Source of the DNA: Utricularia gibba
Lineage: Eukaryota; Plantae; Magnoliophyta
Direction of reading: 5' to 3'
Length of the DNA: 64,000 nucleotides
NCBI GenBank assembly: GCA_002189035.1
Contig: NEEC01000007.1
Span: 248,001-312,000 of the forward strand
In this document: positions 41,610-55,632 of the stretch, piece after piece
How positions within the stretch are numbered: the stretch's first letter is position 1
How the letters are laid out: every line of letters starts with the position of its first letter
The notes under the pieces: model-generated
Databases searched by the model: none
The model's input: the letters and a program-made list of their open reading frames with translations, nothing else
Told to the model about the DNA's origin: nothing
Program-made: the position numbers and the translations under genes

Positions 41610-44489
41610 CTACTCAGCAACCGATGGTGGATTTGTTATGAGAGACTTTGATTCTTGGGGGCATTTATCAGCTGGATTGGATGTTAACGTCTGGCAAAAA
41701 CACTCAGGCCAGGAATTTGTATAGAATGATTCAGGCGATACACGCTTGTGAGGCCCACCAAAGTTTGAGTCAAGCATCACACGCCTGACAGACTGCTCAA
41801 AACTGGCCTTACGCCCTTCTTCCCTGTCAATAAAAATTGGTGCAAGAGCTTTTCTGTTCGGTTGTATGTTTCTTCGAAATCCATAATAGAGGCGGTGGCC
41901 AAGAAGATTATTTGCAAAATTGCTTGGCCCATCATATGTTGGCATGAATATGTCAGAAAGTAGGCAAACCATATAATCAACCGCAGAGCCAATTAATCCC
42001 CGAGCATTCTTTTCAATTTCGCCACTGGAATCTAGCGTAGTATGATTCTCAAGTCTAGGGAACAAGGAACGAAGGGGCTTCATGAACCGCTCACCGCCAA
42101 ACAGTTCACCAGCTGCAAGGTATATTCTAGTGGAGTTGTCAAAGCCCATTGCATGCAATATGAGACCAACCTTCAGTTGACCGGAAAACGAAGAATCAAT
42201 CATACAAAATCCATCATAAGTCATAACTAGGTTATAAAGCATAACATGAAGTCCTAGAATCAGTTAGTAGCTCGAGAGATTGTCTACAAAATCTTACAAA
42301 GAAATGATTTGCATTTCCTGGTGTAAATATGTCCCATCTCTTTCACTTTTATTGTTTCCTAAGAAACTAATGACCTACGATACACAGATGATAAAAGCAA
42401 TATGAGATTAAGAAGTGAGAATTTACCTCTTCCGGGGTCAAAGGGCACTTTCCAATTGCCCTTCGCTCTTTATATTCAAGAACCTTTGGTGCGAAATTTT
42501 CTTTCCTGTACTTTTTCAAAACTGCCTGTTCTTCTGGAGTAAAAATGTCAAAGCACCTGAGAGGAGAGATTTGAGAAGTTGCATTTAAATAAAAGACAAG
42601 ACTGGGTGTATTTCTGAGACACAGAATTTAAGGGAATTTAAATTGCAAAAAACAATTTTTACATAATCACAGGAAGCATGGAGACGCACCCTGCAAATGC
42701 CAGCATATCCATCTCAAAACGAAGATGAATAGCCATGAAGTGGCCTTCTGCACGAAGCCTGTTCACTATCAAACTACTCAGCTCCATGATATGAGGCTTA
42801 AATTTTAATGCATGATAGTTCACTCTACATCTCAGTCGCTGGTACTCAGGGTTGTCGATCTCTTCAGCCAAACGATGGGAAAACGGGGTAAGATAAATAG
42901 CGCCATGTTCTTTCATTTTCTTCAAAGCTTCAGTTGTATACCAACTGATTGGAGCATCTCTTGGAGGCCGCATCTAAGCATAAAGCAAATTTGCGCCATT
43001 TGCTGATTAAAAGAACATAATACCAGGACAAGAATACACCAAATCAACATGTTCACCTGAAATCCTTTTAGGTTCTTTGACTTTCCATTCTTATGAACCT
43101 CTGGAATGCTTAGCACAATTTTTACATCGTCTTTCAGTGACTTGATAAAATGCTCCACATCATAGATACCATGAAAGCCACTAGCATCCAGACGCACAAT
43201 TTAGAGAAAAAAACAAAATAAAAAAGGAAAATAATCTGAAACTCCCAGTTGAATAAAGATGACAAAGAACTAGCAAGAGCATTTTAAAAAATTTCCAAAG
43301 ATAAATATCTTTTCTTAAAAGCAATAGCAGGGCACAAAAGACATGGTTATTTGCCAGACAGTTAAATTAGATTCTTTGTCATCAATTAACACTACAACGA
43401 AGTGAAAAATGTAGGCACCTCTCATCATGCCAAAAGGAATTAGCATCCAGTTCTGGAAGCACGAGAGTGGCATTCATGATTCGAGCAGCAAGGACAGCAT
43501 TGCATATCTGGAATCCAATAAATCTAGAGCTGTCACAAAAGGAAAAAAATGCAAATACTAGTTTTCTTATTACATGTTGAACAAGGAACAAGAAGCAACA
43601 GCCAGCCATTTGAAACAAGAGGATATATCATATGAACTGCTACAATAAGGATCGTGTGCGTATAAATGCCCACAGGGAAAATAAACAGTATAATTGCTTG
43701 AAAGGAAAAATATGTTGCATACCGCACTTCTTTGCTGATTCAGACCACCATTACATCGAACTCTTAAGTATCCATTAGATTCACTGGGAGGGGCTGCAAG
43801 AACATTCAGGCATGAAATCCTAATTTGAAAAAAAAAAAAAATCAATCCGGTACCAAAAAAATCCATTTTCAAGGGTTCAACAAGAAAAGAACCACACTAA
43901 ACAAAAGAAGAGTACTAAGAAGGGAAGGGGACCATACGAGGCCAATGAGATCGAGGAGCAGATGATGGCCTCCATCCACCAGAAGGGGCTGTAGTCCAAA
44001 GTTCATCAACATAGATCTGCTCGCGACAGGGATAGTACATACGAATTAATTAAAAACTACAATCCCAACACAGGGAAAACACATTCAATCAGAGTCTACT
44101 CAAAAAACTCAAGAGTTACAAAGATCACCCAGCTAACATAAAAAAGCACAAAATAACACTTTACCACTGGTTAGTATTACACCCCCTTTCACTTCTGAGC
44201 TTCTAACCAAGTATTAACAGCGCAATCCAACGTTAACACCAAAATTTGTCCAAATACCTTACCTCAGATCGTGGAGTAGGAGATCTTGTGGAGGTCTTAG
44301 TGATAGATAGAAGTACAGTACAGATCACCAGTGCGATTAACGCCACCGACAGCCTACCGAACACGCCATTGACAATGGAGTGCTTCAGTTGATGCCTCTG
44401 CGCCAGCCTACAGAAATGCACCAGAAAATCAGCACACGAACGAACAGTAAGAAATGCTCAGATACTTCCATGAAAAACAACCTCCTCAT
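41610..44489 (-). CDS. O-fucosyltransferase family protein (GT106/DUF246; At1g04910-like), multi-exon with an 8-nt first coding exon
   Basis: ATGAGGAG|gt micro-exon at 44489-44482; NGYLRVRCNGGLNQQRSA|ICNAVLAARIMNATLVLP; IHLRFEMDMLAFAG; KCPLTPEE; AVDYMVCLLSDIFMPTYDGPSNFA. Confidence 0.92.
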
Positions 44490-44782
44490 TCGTGAAGAGG
44501 GAGATCGAATCTTCTTCACCAGAGATGGAGTACGAGTTACGACGAGGAAGACGACGAACGAGGCATGGAATTACCAATCGCTTGATTTTTCGCTAAAAAG
44601 ATCAATAGGCTCAGAAACACGGGCCCAGGTAATCCAGAGCCCAAAAACAAGCTCGAGAGGCCCACATTGGGTTTTGCATCGGTGTCCAGCAAGACTCTCT
44701 TTCCTGCTTTACGCCTACTCCGATACGCGATCGAGAGGTTTAGCGGACGATTACTACCCATTGAGTCGACGGCGGCACGGTA

Positions 44783-46142
44783 ATGGCGGTTAGTCGATCC
44801 AAACGGGATCTGATAATGCCTTTTCAAAGTATACTCATACATTGGTTCATCCGATTTGCGGAAATTTTCAGGCGAACTCTGTGAGACTGTACTTGGCATG
44901 CATTCGGAACACCTTGGAGGCGGCGATGTGCCTGCAGGTTTGAGTTTGAGTTTGAGGATGTTTTCTGGAGGTATATGAAACATTTTAAGTTCTGATCTTC
45001 TTCCGTTTTCCGATCCGATTTCTGTGTTTGTTGTAGAATTTCCCCTGTCAAGAAGTGGAAAGGCACAATAAACCAGAAGTTGAGTTCAAGTGAGTATGTT
45101 TACATGCCTTTTATTGCTTAAGAACCTCTTGATCACTGCTTCACCTTTCTGATGCTATCATTTAATTGGAAATCTTTCACTCTCTGCATCACGATTTTCA
45201 GGACAAGTCCAGAGTTGCTGCTGAATCCTGTAAGAACTCTTGTTTTGTGCTTGTCTGTTGGGGTTGGGGGCTTCGTGCATTCTTATTTTATCTCTAAAAT
45301 GGAATTCAAAGACAAAACTTTTAGGTTCTTTTGTTTTGTGTTCTCGGGCTGAATTGTATTCTTTCACAATCCATAGGATGTTCTTTTCTCAGGTTCTTAT
45401 ATGTAGAAATGAGGCCGAGAAATGCTTGATTGAAACTTCTATAAATTCACTGCGCATCAGCCTGAAGGTAAAATGGTGTTTAAAACTGCATTTTACCACA
45501 AACTGCACGTCGTTTCTGGAATTAGCTTAACCTCTACTGCGTATTCACTGAATCACTGTACACATACTGTCTTCCAGAGCTTCACAATCAACCAAACTTA
45601 GTTTATCTTGTAATCTACCTTGTATTCGGAGCCCCACTTGCTAAGATAATGTCTTCCATGCTCCCCATTCAACAGGTGAAGCAGTCAGATGAACTTGAGA
45701 ACATACTTACAAAGAAATTCCTTAGATTCCTGTCTATGAGAGCTGAAGCATTTCAAGTGCTGAGGAGAAAGCCAGTTCAGGTCATCTAGATATTCTACCT
45801 TCAACCATTTTTCTTTCACTACATTGCTTTTTACTTGTTTCAATCCGCTTCCCATTTTGTGCTTACAGGGATATGACATCAGCTTTCTTGTCACAAATTA
45901 TCACTGTGAGGAGATGCAGAAACAGAAGCTGATAGATTTTATTGTTCAATTCATGGAGGTAACTTGCATTTCGAGGAAGCAGTTTTGAACTCCACATTTT
46001 CTTGCTATTCATACCGCCGCTTCTCATGGACATCGTGTAAACTGAACTGCAGGATATCGATAAAGAGATCAACGAACTAAAATTGTCGGTAAGCACTCGA
46101 GGGAGGCTCGTCGCCACTGAATTCTTGAAGCATTTCATTTAG
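44783..46142 (+). CDS. ARPC4: Actin-related protein 2/3 complex subunit 4 (p20), 8 exons
   Basis: [22 protein letters not shown]|[38 protein letters not shown]|GYDISFL and [14 protein letters not shown]. The start ATGGCG|gt at 44783 is inferred. Confidence 0.93.
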
Positions 46143-46550
46143 ATATCGCTTCTGCTGTTCTTTGCTGCTATTTAAAATGGGGTCTTGGATCATATTTCAT
46201 ATTACGTGTATTTGTAAAACTATTCAGGATTTGCACTTAATTTGAATTTAAATATATAAAATTAATATAATTACATAATATATATATTTATTTATCTATT
46301 TATCATAAAAAAAATCATTCACATTTATGTATATTATAAATTAAAAAGTTCTATCAAGGGTTCATTAATAAACCGAACAATAGAATAGTTGTTGTACTTG
46401 GATTATTTTAAGAGGCCCGAATCTACTATTGGGCCGGTTTGGTTTTTTCGGCCCGCTTCGTACTGTGCTCTTGGCGGGAGTAACGGAGTGATGAAATGTC
46501 GAAATCCGAATATTCAAAACGACGATCTGCAAATAGGAACAAAGGAAGGC

Positions 46551-49115
46551 ATGGATGTTGGCGAGGTGAATGCTTCAAGTCATTCAGTTGATCTGAATTC
46601 GATAAAAAGGTTGGAGATTTACACTCACGGAAGTTACTGTCTGGTTTAAGTTGGAAGTATTTTATGCACTTATTTCCCCATTTAAAATTCATGAATGAAG
46701 CCGTATTATGGAGCTCAGAAAACCTGATGAGAGACGTGAATTCGGATTTTCTGAGGAGGAGAAGTTGAAGAGTATCGCCGATGAAATTGAGGTAAACTTT
46801 TGAAGAAGGAAAAGTCTCCATTTTAGCTTTTTTTTTAAGCACGTTCCTTCAGTCAGCTAGTTAATGGGTTTGTCTATGCAGAAGGAATTGGATGAGGATT
46901 TTTCAGAATGGTCTTCATATCTGAGCACGTTATCTCCTGGAGAACTTGGTAAGATGTTTGGTTTGTTAATCTTGATTCGTTGCCTTGATTTAAAGATCGG
47001 TAATTTCTTCACACTACAGATGAGGTCCTTGTGCGACTTAAGGAAGTGCGGGGTCAACTGGAGAGTGAGAATGCAGAGGTCAAGCGTGAGACTTTGGAGC
47101 TTCAGGATAAATGCTTTAAAGGTTGGGGAAAGAATAGGTGTGGTCTTTTCAGCTGCTGCTACGCGACCAGGGGATGTTTAAAATTTGCAGCATCATACAT
47201 TGACAATATTTATTGTCTTATGACAGAATATGAGAAAATGGAGTGCGAGCTGGAGAAATTATCCTGTTTATTGCAAATTGCTGAGTCACAGGTTTGATAT
47301 ATATGCCCTGAATTATTCTGGTGTACATAAGGTTCTATATTGATAAAAAATGCTAGATTATAAATATGATTGTGTGGGCATTTGAACCTGGAGACAAACT
47401 AATGATTTTGTTTGTTACTTAAATGACTCCTGGGCTGCACTTTGATATTAAATGTTCGTTTTGAAAGAGAGACAATGAAAAAGAAGAGACTTTAGAAATG
47501 AATGTCTCTAGGGGTGCAGATGCTAATGAAGGCTTCCATGATGACTACAATTTCAAGGTTGCAGCTTCTAGGTTCTATTGTTTTAGTTCCTATTTTTCCT
47601 TAGTGTCCTCATAAGGAACCTCACGCCTACTAAATGGTGTTCTTTGGCTATGAAGATGCTAGAACTGAGTCATCAAATTGAGACAAAGAAGGCAACTTTA
47701 AAGTCATTGCAAGATCTCAGTGCTACCTATAGGAGGTTCATTTCCTTCTTACACAGTAATGATTACAATACTCGTATAGATTACTTGCCAGTTGAAATGA
47801 TAGTTTTGGTCTGGTAGATTTGAAGCTGCTGAGAAACTTGAAGGGCTACTGTCGGGCCTCAAAGTGATTGAATTAGAAGGAAACAGCATCCGATTATCAT
47901 TGAAGACATATGTTCCTTACACAGACCACATTCTGTCGTCCCAGCATGGTGTGATTGAGCCATTAGAACTGAACCATGAGTTGATGATAGAAACCATTGA
48001 TGGAACATTAGATCTGAAACGTGTTGAGGTAATGTGTGAGAGAGATCAATCTCATCCTGTGAAGCACATTAATTTATCTCTTTATTTACGAATGCCTTAC
48101 CCGGATAAAAGTCTGCAGATATTTCCGAATGATATACAGATTGGTGAAATTGTTGAAGCTGCAAAGTCATTCAGGTAAGGACCTACAGTAGGCCCCATGT
48201 TAATCATATCAGAGTGATGCATGTGCATACGCGCTTGCACAGTTGAGGGGCCTCTTTTTGCGATCTCCTTATCATGAATATATCTAGGGCCATAAGAAGC
48301 AACGTATTTGCTTGCATACTCGAGTTTTAGATCTATAAATAACACCTTCGGTTCGTGAAAAATGTTCTTTTTTTTTTGGAGTCTACTGACTCCAATGAAA
48401 TATGATACGACTCATGCAAGTTTCTTGTGTTTTTTCCAGTACATAAAGGTGAATTGTAAAGCTCACGTGTGCGTTTTCTTGTATTTCTTGATTCTGCTTC
48501 CAGGCATCATTGCCGTTCTGCAGTCATTGTGTCAAGGTCTCCCTTGGAGTGGCTGGTGAGAAAAATACAAGATACTATCACACTTTCTGTAATTAGAAGA
48601 ATGGTGGCAAAGGGAATTAAATCCAGGTCAGGACGCATGAATTCGCTCTCTCATTCGGACGAGTCGCATGATAATCAAATTGTTTATAAAATTGCCTTTA
48701 CCATTTGAGTTACCTTGTATTCATCTCAGGCACTCATTTGAGTACTTGGATAAAGAAGGCGTTTTCAAAGCTCACCTTGTTGGAGGAGTGGATGCTACTA
48801 TAAAACTCCCTTGTGGCTGGCCATTGACAGATTCACCATTGGAGCTAACTTCACTTGAGAACAAGAAAATGCACCCAAGGGGAACTTCTTCTGCGATCCT
48901 CCACAATGTTGTGGTAAGCTAAAGCGAAGGAAAATAACAAAAAAGAAACGTTCTTTTTTGTTCTTATGATTGCATGTTGATGTGCGTCTGTTTTGTTTGT
49001 GAAGGACATGGCAAACTCATTGGAAGTAGAAACACGGAGGAATATGTCCACATTCGTGGATTGTGTTGAAGAAATTCTGAAGCAGCAGAAGCGTACGGAT
49101 AGGAAGTATGAGTAG
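46551..49115 (+). CDS. Coiled-coil/RWD protein similar to Arabidopsis At3g23910 (described as plant kinetochore ZWINT1-like), multi-exon
   Basis: SVDLNSIK|SRIMEL; RFEAAEKLEGLLSGLKVIELEGNSIRLSLKTY; IFPNDIQIGEIVEAAKSFR; AHLVGGVDATIKLPCGWPLTDSPLELTSL; DMANSLEVETRRNMSTFVDCVEEIL. The match is to recalled At3g23910; the ZWINT name is from memory. Confidence 0.7.
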
Positions 49116-49786
49116 AAACTTCGCTAATTGTGTTTTTAGACACATTTGACTGTTAATGAGGAATCCTTTATCCAACCCTGAAGAAGCTCAAAATGTAACT
49201 AGCCATCGATCATCAACTTGATGAACTGCCCATCTTCTGATTCTCCGGCCGTGTGTTTTCCTCCGCCGGCGAATTTAAGCAGTCCCGAGTAATTTACAAA
49301 GTCAGCTTGTTTCTCATTTGTACTAATCCCAAGTACGTACGGCCGGCCGACAGCAAATGGAATCGGAGGAGCTTTAAGGTTTGTCTCATTCTCATTCATT
49401 GCAGAAAGAAAGAGATTTTCAGTTGCAAGTTGCAAGAAATCAGGGTTTCGTTTCATTTATTCGGGTCGCGGCCATCCTGAGTATTGATTACGATTACGAA
49501 TCGACGCTTCTTCTTTCTGTAATTTGAATCCATGTCATCAAAGGATCGAAGTCTGTAGGTGCACCAACCGAGTCCAGTTCTTTCCTAATTTGTTAACCTT
49601 CCTAAAATTTTCTTCGTTCTGCGACGTGGGGCAGACCAGAACCTGGTGAAAACCTTCTCTTCTTTTTTCTTACCGTCTGTTGTTTTTGCTGTAGGGCACG
49701 AGGAAGAGAAGTTTTTACAGTGTTCTGACATTTCATGTAGGAAAATGCGTTTGATGGAACTCTGATGCATTTCATGTTTCAGTGGA

Positions 49787-51600
49787 ATGGTGGGTGTCTC
49801 CGATAATGTTCGTGGATTCGTCTTGGCTCTCTCCTCCAGTGTCTTTATTGGGTCAAGTTTCATCATAAAGAAAAAGGGGCTACAGAAAGCTGGGGCATCC
49901 GGGACTCGAGCGAGTTAGTTTTTTCTACCTTATTCAATATCACTCCCGACTTTGTATTCATTGACGGCTATTGGATTACTGCTGTAAATCTCTCAAAAGG
50001 TTTACCTTTTTTTCCTTTTGTTTTGAAATCTGATGTATTTGACCAGGCGAAGGCGGCTTTGCATATCTTAAGGAGCCATGGTGGTGGGCCGGAATGGTTA
50101 CAAGTAAGGAATTAAACGGATTGTCCTTCTGAATGCTCCTCTCTTGATAAATTTTTCTTTTTGCGCAAGCAGCTAGCTGCAAAATTCATTAAGTGAGATT
50201 CGTTAAGTAAACAGATGTTCAAAAACGCAATTGATAACCTGGATATCTGTATTGTGGCTTTGCAACATAGTTGCTCCTTGAGGAGAATTTCGTATGTGGT
50301 TTACTTTTAGAAACCTTATGAATTACTTGCATCATTGGGCTAGTCAGTTTATCTCGTGTTCATGCTGACTGTAGTGATCATTGGCGAAGGAGCGAACTTC
50401 GCTGCCTATGCTTATGCTCCTGCAATTCTTGTAACCCCTCTGGGGGCTCTGAGCATTATTTTCAGGTACAGCATCTTTCCCTGAAAGTGCCATCATGACA
50501 TTTTACTCACGAGTTGACAATTTATCCTGGTAAACATTTTCGATGCAGCGCAGTGCTAGCTCATTTCATTCTAGATGAAAGGTTACATATGTTTGGAGTT
50601 GTTGGCTGTATGCTCTGCTTGGTGGGGTCTATTACAATAGTCTTACACGCTCCTCTTGAGAGGGATATCGAATCTGTCAAGCAAGTCTGGCATCTGGCCA
50701 CTGAGCCTGGTAAATATATCATGTCTTTTCCGTTATACAAGTTTCAGAAAAGCGAATTAACATTTTTACATAATCTCTGCTGCTCCTGTTCAATCCGGTG
50801 CTCTGCATATCAACAAGCTCTAACTCTGCCTATATGATGCAGGCTTTATAGTGTACTTTCTTGTGGCATTGGCTCTAGTTGGGGTTCTCATTGTAATCTA
50901 CGTGCCTCGCTACGGGCACACACACATGGTTGTTTACATCGGAATATGCTCCCTCATGGGATCCATCACTGTTAGCTCTTCTACCACTTCCAGATGCATC
51001 CTTTGGTATTCCACTCTCTTAGCCATGCTTCTGCTTGTTCTGGTCACAGGTCATGTGTGTGAAGGCCGTGGCCATAGCTCTGAAGCTGTCATTCTCAGGG
51101 TCTAACCAGTTCAAATATTTCGAGACATGGTTTTTCACCATTCTGGTGGTTATTTTCTGCGTGATGCAGCTGATATATCTGAACAAGGTCTCTCTCTCAT
51201 TCATCACATTCACCTTCTTGATACTTGCAGCATCACTCACTCACATTCCATTCCAGGCCCTGGACATGTTCAACACTGCGGTGGTTTCCCCTGTCTACTA
51301 CGTCATGTTCACGACTCTGACCATCGTCGCAAGTACCATAATGTTCAAGGTAGCCACTCAATCGCCAGAATCATTTTTTCAAGAATGCATGATGAAAGGG
51401 TGTTGGATTGTATTCAGGAATGGGACTCCCAGGATGGATCACAGATCGTCACTGAGTTGTGTGGCTTCATCACTATACTGAGCGGTACTTTTATTCTTCA
51501 CAAAACTAAGGACATGGGCGCTCCACGGTCGCAGGCGCCACCGTGCCCTCCCTACCGGCATCATGCCAACTCCGACTCCGCCTCCCTTGAGATGGCCTGA
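49787..51600 (+). CDS. NIPA-family (DUF803) magnesium transporter, 8 exons
   Basis: [28 protein letters not shown]; [11 protein letters not shown]; [24 protein letters not shown]; [19 protein letters not shown]; [17 protein letters not shown]. Confidence 0.93.
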
Positions 51601-52394
51601 TAACCCCTCTCTAAGGGCCAATAAACATGACAACTCCATTGTTGACATTTCAAGTGCAGGGTTTTGACAAAGATGCAACTTTTACACTGTTTTCCATATG
51701 CAGAAACAACAGCATTTGGTAAGGAGCCATGACACCTTCGTAAGCTGTGTTTTGTCAAACTCCCACCTGAGATAATTATCTGTGGATAGAAAGTATGGAT
51801 TCAGCAATACAACTAAGTGTCTGATCATGAGAACCCACCCCTTGTCAGATTCCATATCCCCAACTTTCAGATGCCTGCCACTAGAACTCCAAAAGGAAAG
51901 AATCTCTATCACCAACACCTTGTGTGCAAAGAACATGCGTGTGTTGGTTCCTAGTGTCCTTTCTTAGGTAAGAACAGCAGAAAGCTGGTCTAAATGATGG
52001 TGATGGTTGAGCCAAATTTCAACAGCAGCAAAAGGCAGAGTAAATACTTGTGAAAACAGCAGGAGGGAGACAGAGCAATAAATTGTACAGTTGTTGATTC
52101 ATTCATACAAATGACATACACAAGTCCTCCATTTATTAGTTTGTTTCACAATCTGAACCAGACCCCCCACACCCCCTGTGTCCTTTCTTTCTTTGTTTTT
52201 TTGTTCCTCCAGTCACTACTACTGCTTTTTTAAAGGAGTATTAGTGACTGGTAATCTATCATAATCACCCCCTAATCCCTATTACAGCAACGCGACAGGG
52301 ACCCTTCAAACAAACAATAATGCAAATGGGGCGGGCATGGGAAGGGGGAAGGCAAGCTCTGCCCACTGAAAGCGAGCACAAGAAGAAGGGAGAA

Positions 52395-52414
52395 AAGAAG
52401 AAGAAGAAGAAGAA
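52395..52414. repeat. (AAG)6-7 microsatellite immediately 3' of the GAE6 stop
   Basis: Direct reading. Confidence 0.75.
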
Positions 52415-52418
52415 CCTG

Positions 52419-53777
52419 TTATTCCTTTTTTGCCCTCGTCTCAACCCCGTAATACCCAACATACCACTTGACGAATTTCCGTAGCCCAGAAGCCAGATCC
52501 GTGGTCGGCTTGTAGCCGAGCTCCCTCTGCGCCAGTGTGACGTTGGCGTGGGTGAATGGAACGTCGCCGTTTCGGGGCATTTTGATCACGTGCTTCTTCG
52601 CCTTCACGTTCAGGAGGCTCTCCAGGATTCCGACGAGTTTCCCGACGGAGACGGGAGACGTGTTCCCGAGGTTGAAGACGCGGAGCTGTGCCGGCCCTGT
52701 CTTCTTCCCGCCGCTGCCGGTGCTCTTCTCGGCAGTGTCCAGGGCGCCGATGCAGCCTTTCACCACATCGTCGATGTACGTGAAGTCACGCGCCACCTCT
52801 TTGTCGTCCTGGGTCACGTACACGTTGATTCCTTTCCCCTGAAGGATGTCCTTTGTGAAGAAGAAATACGCCATATCCGGCCTTCCCCAGGGTCCGTAGA
52901 CGGTGAAAAAACGGAGTCCTGTTAGGGACAAGCCGTAGATGTGGTTGTAGGTGTGGGCGATTTCCTCGCCGGCCTTTTTCGTGGCAGCGTAGAGACTCGC
53001 CGGTTGATCTGTGCGGTGGAGCTCCGAGAACGGGACCTGTGTGTTTAATCCGTAGACAGAACTGGAAGAAGCCCAGACAATCGCCGGCTGCGGATCGGCG
53101 TTTTTCGCAATTTCGAGAAGAGTCACGAATCCGGCGATGTTGGAGTTCACATACGACAGTGGATTCTGCATCGCATAACGGACGCCGGCCTGCGCGGCGA
53201 GATGAAGGATGTGAGTAAACGGCACGATGTCGAACAATTTCTGGAGCAATTGCGCGTTGTTGATGTCCCCGTCGACGACGAAGATTTGGTGTTTGCTGAG
53301 CAGACTCTGCCTCGCTCGCTTCAGCGACGGATCGTAGTAGGAATTGAAATTATCCAGCCCTAGAACGCCGTCGCCGCGCTTTTTTAGGGCGAGGGAGCAA
53401 TGGGAGCCGACGAATCCTGCAGCGCCAGTAACCAAAACAGACAATCCATCGGGCCGCCGCGGCGTCGAAGAGTGGCGTACTTGCTTCTCCCACGCTGCTC
53501 CGCCCCCGTAAAACGCCGACGAGAGTAGATTGCTGGTGGCGTGAATGTGGTGGCCTGCAGTGCCATCGGTTCCGGACAACGGCGGGTGGTTGAGAGTAAA
53601 AAGGAAGATGAGAATCAGCGTAGCCAGGAGAGTGACACGGAAGAGGAGCTTGGAGGAAGCGTTGAGGAAACTGGTGGTGTTGAGCCGGCGGAGGTAGCTA
53701 TTGTACCTCTCCAGCTTCGCCGTTTTGCTTGTATCCGCCGGCGACGCGCCGCCGCCGATGATCGCGTGGTACTGCAT
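52419..53777 (-). CDS. GAE6: UDP-D-glucuronate 4-epimerase (GAE6-like), intronless
   Basis: ADTSKTAKLERYNSY N-terminus typical of GAE6; TM anchor; VLVTGAAGFVG NAD motif; HLAAQAGVRY; SSSVYG; catalytic YAATK. The start is set at the first in-frame ATG (53777); the ORF track begins earlier at a non-ATG codon. Confidence 0.93.
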   Translation of the reverse strand: MQYHAIIGGGASPADTSKTAKLERYNSYLRRLNTTSFLNASSKLLFRVTLLATLILIFLFTLNHPPLSGTDGTAGHHIHATSNLLSSAFYGGGAAWEKQVRHSSTPRRPDGLSVLVTGAAGFVGSHCSLALKKRGDGVLGLDNFNSYYDPSLKRARQSLLSKHQIFVVDGDINNAQLLQKLFDIVPFTHILHLAAQAGVRYAMQNPLSYVNSNIAGFVTLLEIAKNADPQPAIVWASSSSVYGLNTQVPFSELHRTDQPASLYAATKKAGEEIAHTYNHIYGLSLTGLRFFTVYGPWGRPDMAYFFFTKDILQGKGINVYVTQDDKEVARDFTYIDDVVKGCIGALDTAEKSTGSGGKKTGPAQLRVFNLGNTSPVSVGKLVGILESLLNVKAKKHVIKMPRNGDVPFTHANVTLAQRELGYKPTTDLASGLRKFVKWYVGYYGVETRAKKE

Positions 53778-54220
53778 CGTCGGCTCACCGCTTTCACCTC
53801 CCCAAATAGGAAACCGCGTTCTTCTTTTTGTTCCTCTTTTTTTTAAAAAAAAATAATAATTCCGATAAATAAAATCTCGGGGATTCTGCCTTTCGCGAAA
53901 CCCCTGCGTTAGTAGCCCCAATCCAGCATTATAAATAAGAGAGACACGCCAAAGCCCCCGCGTCGGTACCCAAATTTACCTATTTTTATTTATTATAAAT
54001 AAAATATTTAACCCATCTAACACCAAACAAGCGACTAAATAATTCTTTATTATTTCTTATGAAAAAAATTAAATATTTATTTCTTTATCACATTTTTCTC
54101 AAAATAAAAAAATAGGAAATTTGAAAGATAGAGTGGTGGGTGGTTATTGGTCATGGGAATCTAAGGACAGGATTTAATGTATTTGTTACGTGTAATAAAT
54201 TAGTTAGATTGCCGTTTATA

Positions 54221-54241
54221 ATATATATATATATATATATA
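54221..54241. repeat. (AT)10 microsatellite
   Basis: Direct reading. Confidence 0.85.
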
Positions 54242-55608
54242 AACACTATTATGCCTCTTATTACTCTACAGTAATTAATGTAAATATTTTAATATAAATT
54301 AATTTTTTCTAAGTTATTTTTAAAATATTCTATGATGGGGATTGGATGATATTGTTAAAGTAAAGGGGGTATTTTAGGAATATTTTAATAAGACGGTAAA
54401 TAATTTTGGTATCATTATGTCCAGGGATGGATCATCGTGACGCGGTATCAAAGTTGGCCGCCCAGCTGTCATGTCGGTGCCGTTTATTCAGACACGGCAC
54501 GAGAAGGCGTCATGTGACAATCTGTCTTACCATGACCGAATGTTGCCTAAAATTACACATTCGCCCCATCCCTCGCAGTTGTAAGAATACCAGGTGGTCA
54601 CCGGATATTACCGAAAATTACTCCTCCGCTCCCCGAATTTTATCAATTTACAGGATGCCCCCTATCAAAGCCACTTTTAAAAGGAAAGATTATCACGGGA
54701 ATCAAAAGAGCGAAACAAAAAAAAAGTTCAAGGGAGGGATATTTGTTCCTTGTATTTTTAAAATAATGAAAATAAACATCATTTTCAGGTGGGCCACCAC
54801 CAGCGTATCAATAATTAGCAAGTAAACAAATGCTTTAATATTAAAAAAATAAAAATAAAAAGATATCTTCTCAGAGATAGGAGACGACAAGAGAAGGCAT
54901 TCACGTCGCGACTGAAGGTGTTTTTGGGCATGGGACGAATGTCGGCAGAGAAGTTTTTCTTCACTAGTAAAAAAAATTAATAAAAAGCCCCTGAAGAACT
55001 GGATAATTCGAAAAGGGATCTATCTCTTGGGGTGGAATATTCGAATATCGTAAATTATTTTTAATGCCACTGTATTTTCCGGGGAGGGTGACTCGCGGAA
55101 TCTCTTCAACCATAGGACGAGGACATGAACTCGCTCCATGTGATCCCTAACATGTACTCGCACATATGTCTTAGTCCGATTCGAAAATAATAATATTGTA
55201 TTATTATTATTAATTTTTTCTTTTATGAAGAAATGGGAATATATGTCATTTTTCATGTGTAGCATAGGGGGATAGAATCATGGGGACCAAATGAATGAGG
55301 GCACCCCTAGAGCTAAGTGCAGGAGGGACGAATTGGAATGGGAATCCATGTGACAGTTCACTATTGCCAGATTCCTACTTAGCATGCGGAACTTAATGCT
55401 TTAAAACACATGGTCAAAAAGATCGTAAACCCTGATTTGTAATTCCAAAATACGATTTTATCGAATTTAATTCAATTGTTATCGGATAAAAAAATAAGAG
55501 GTGTTTGGAAAGGTAATATACGAGTACCGCCATACGGGGAGGCCGTACAAGTGGTAAAAGAATCCAAGTTCAGGAATAAAATGGACGTATGTGAAGCTGC
55601 TCTCAATG

Positions 55609-55632
55609 TAATAATAATAATAATAATAATAA
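55609..55632. repeat. (TAA)8 microsatellite
   Basis: Direct reading. Confidence 0.85.

Noticed and set aside
44537-44983. 148-aa minus-strand ORF
   Set aside because: It spans the OFUT/ARPC4 bidirectional promoter and runs antisense over the first ARPC4 exons; no motif was recognised.
53778-53921. N-terminal extension of the GAE6 ORF in the track
   Set aside because: It starts at a non-ATG codon and crosses A/T-rich 5' UTR sequence; homology begins just after ATG 53777.
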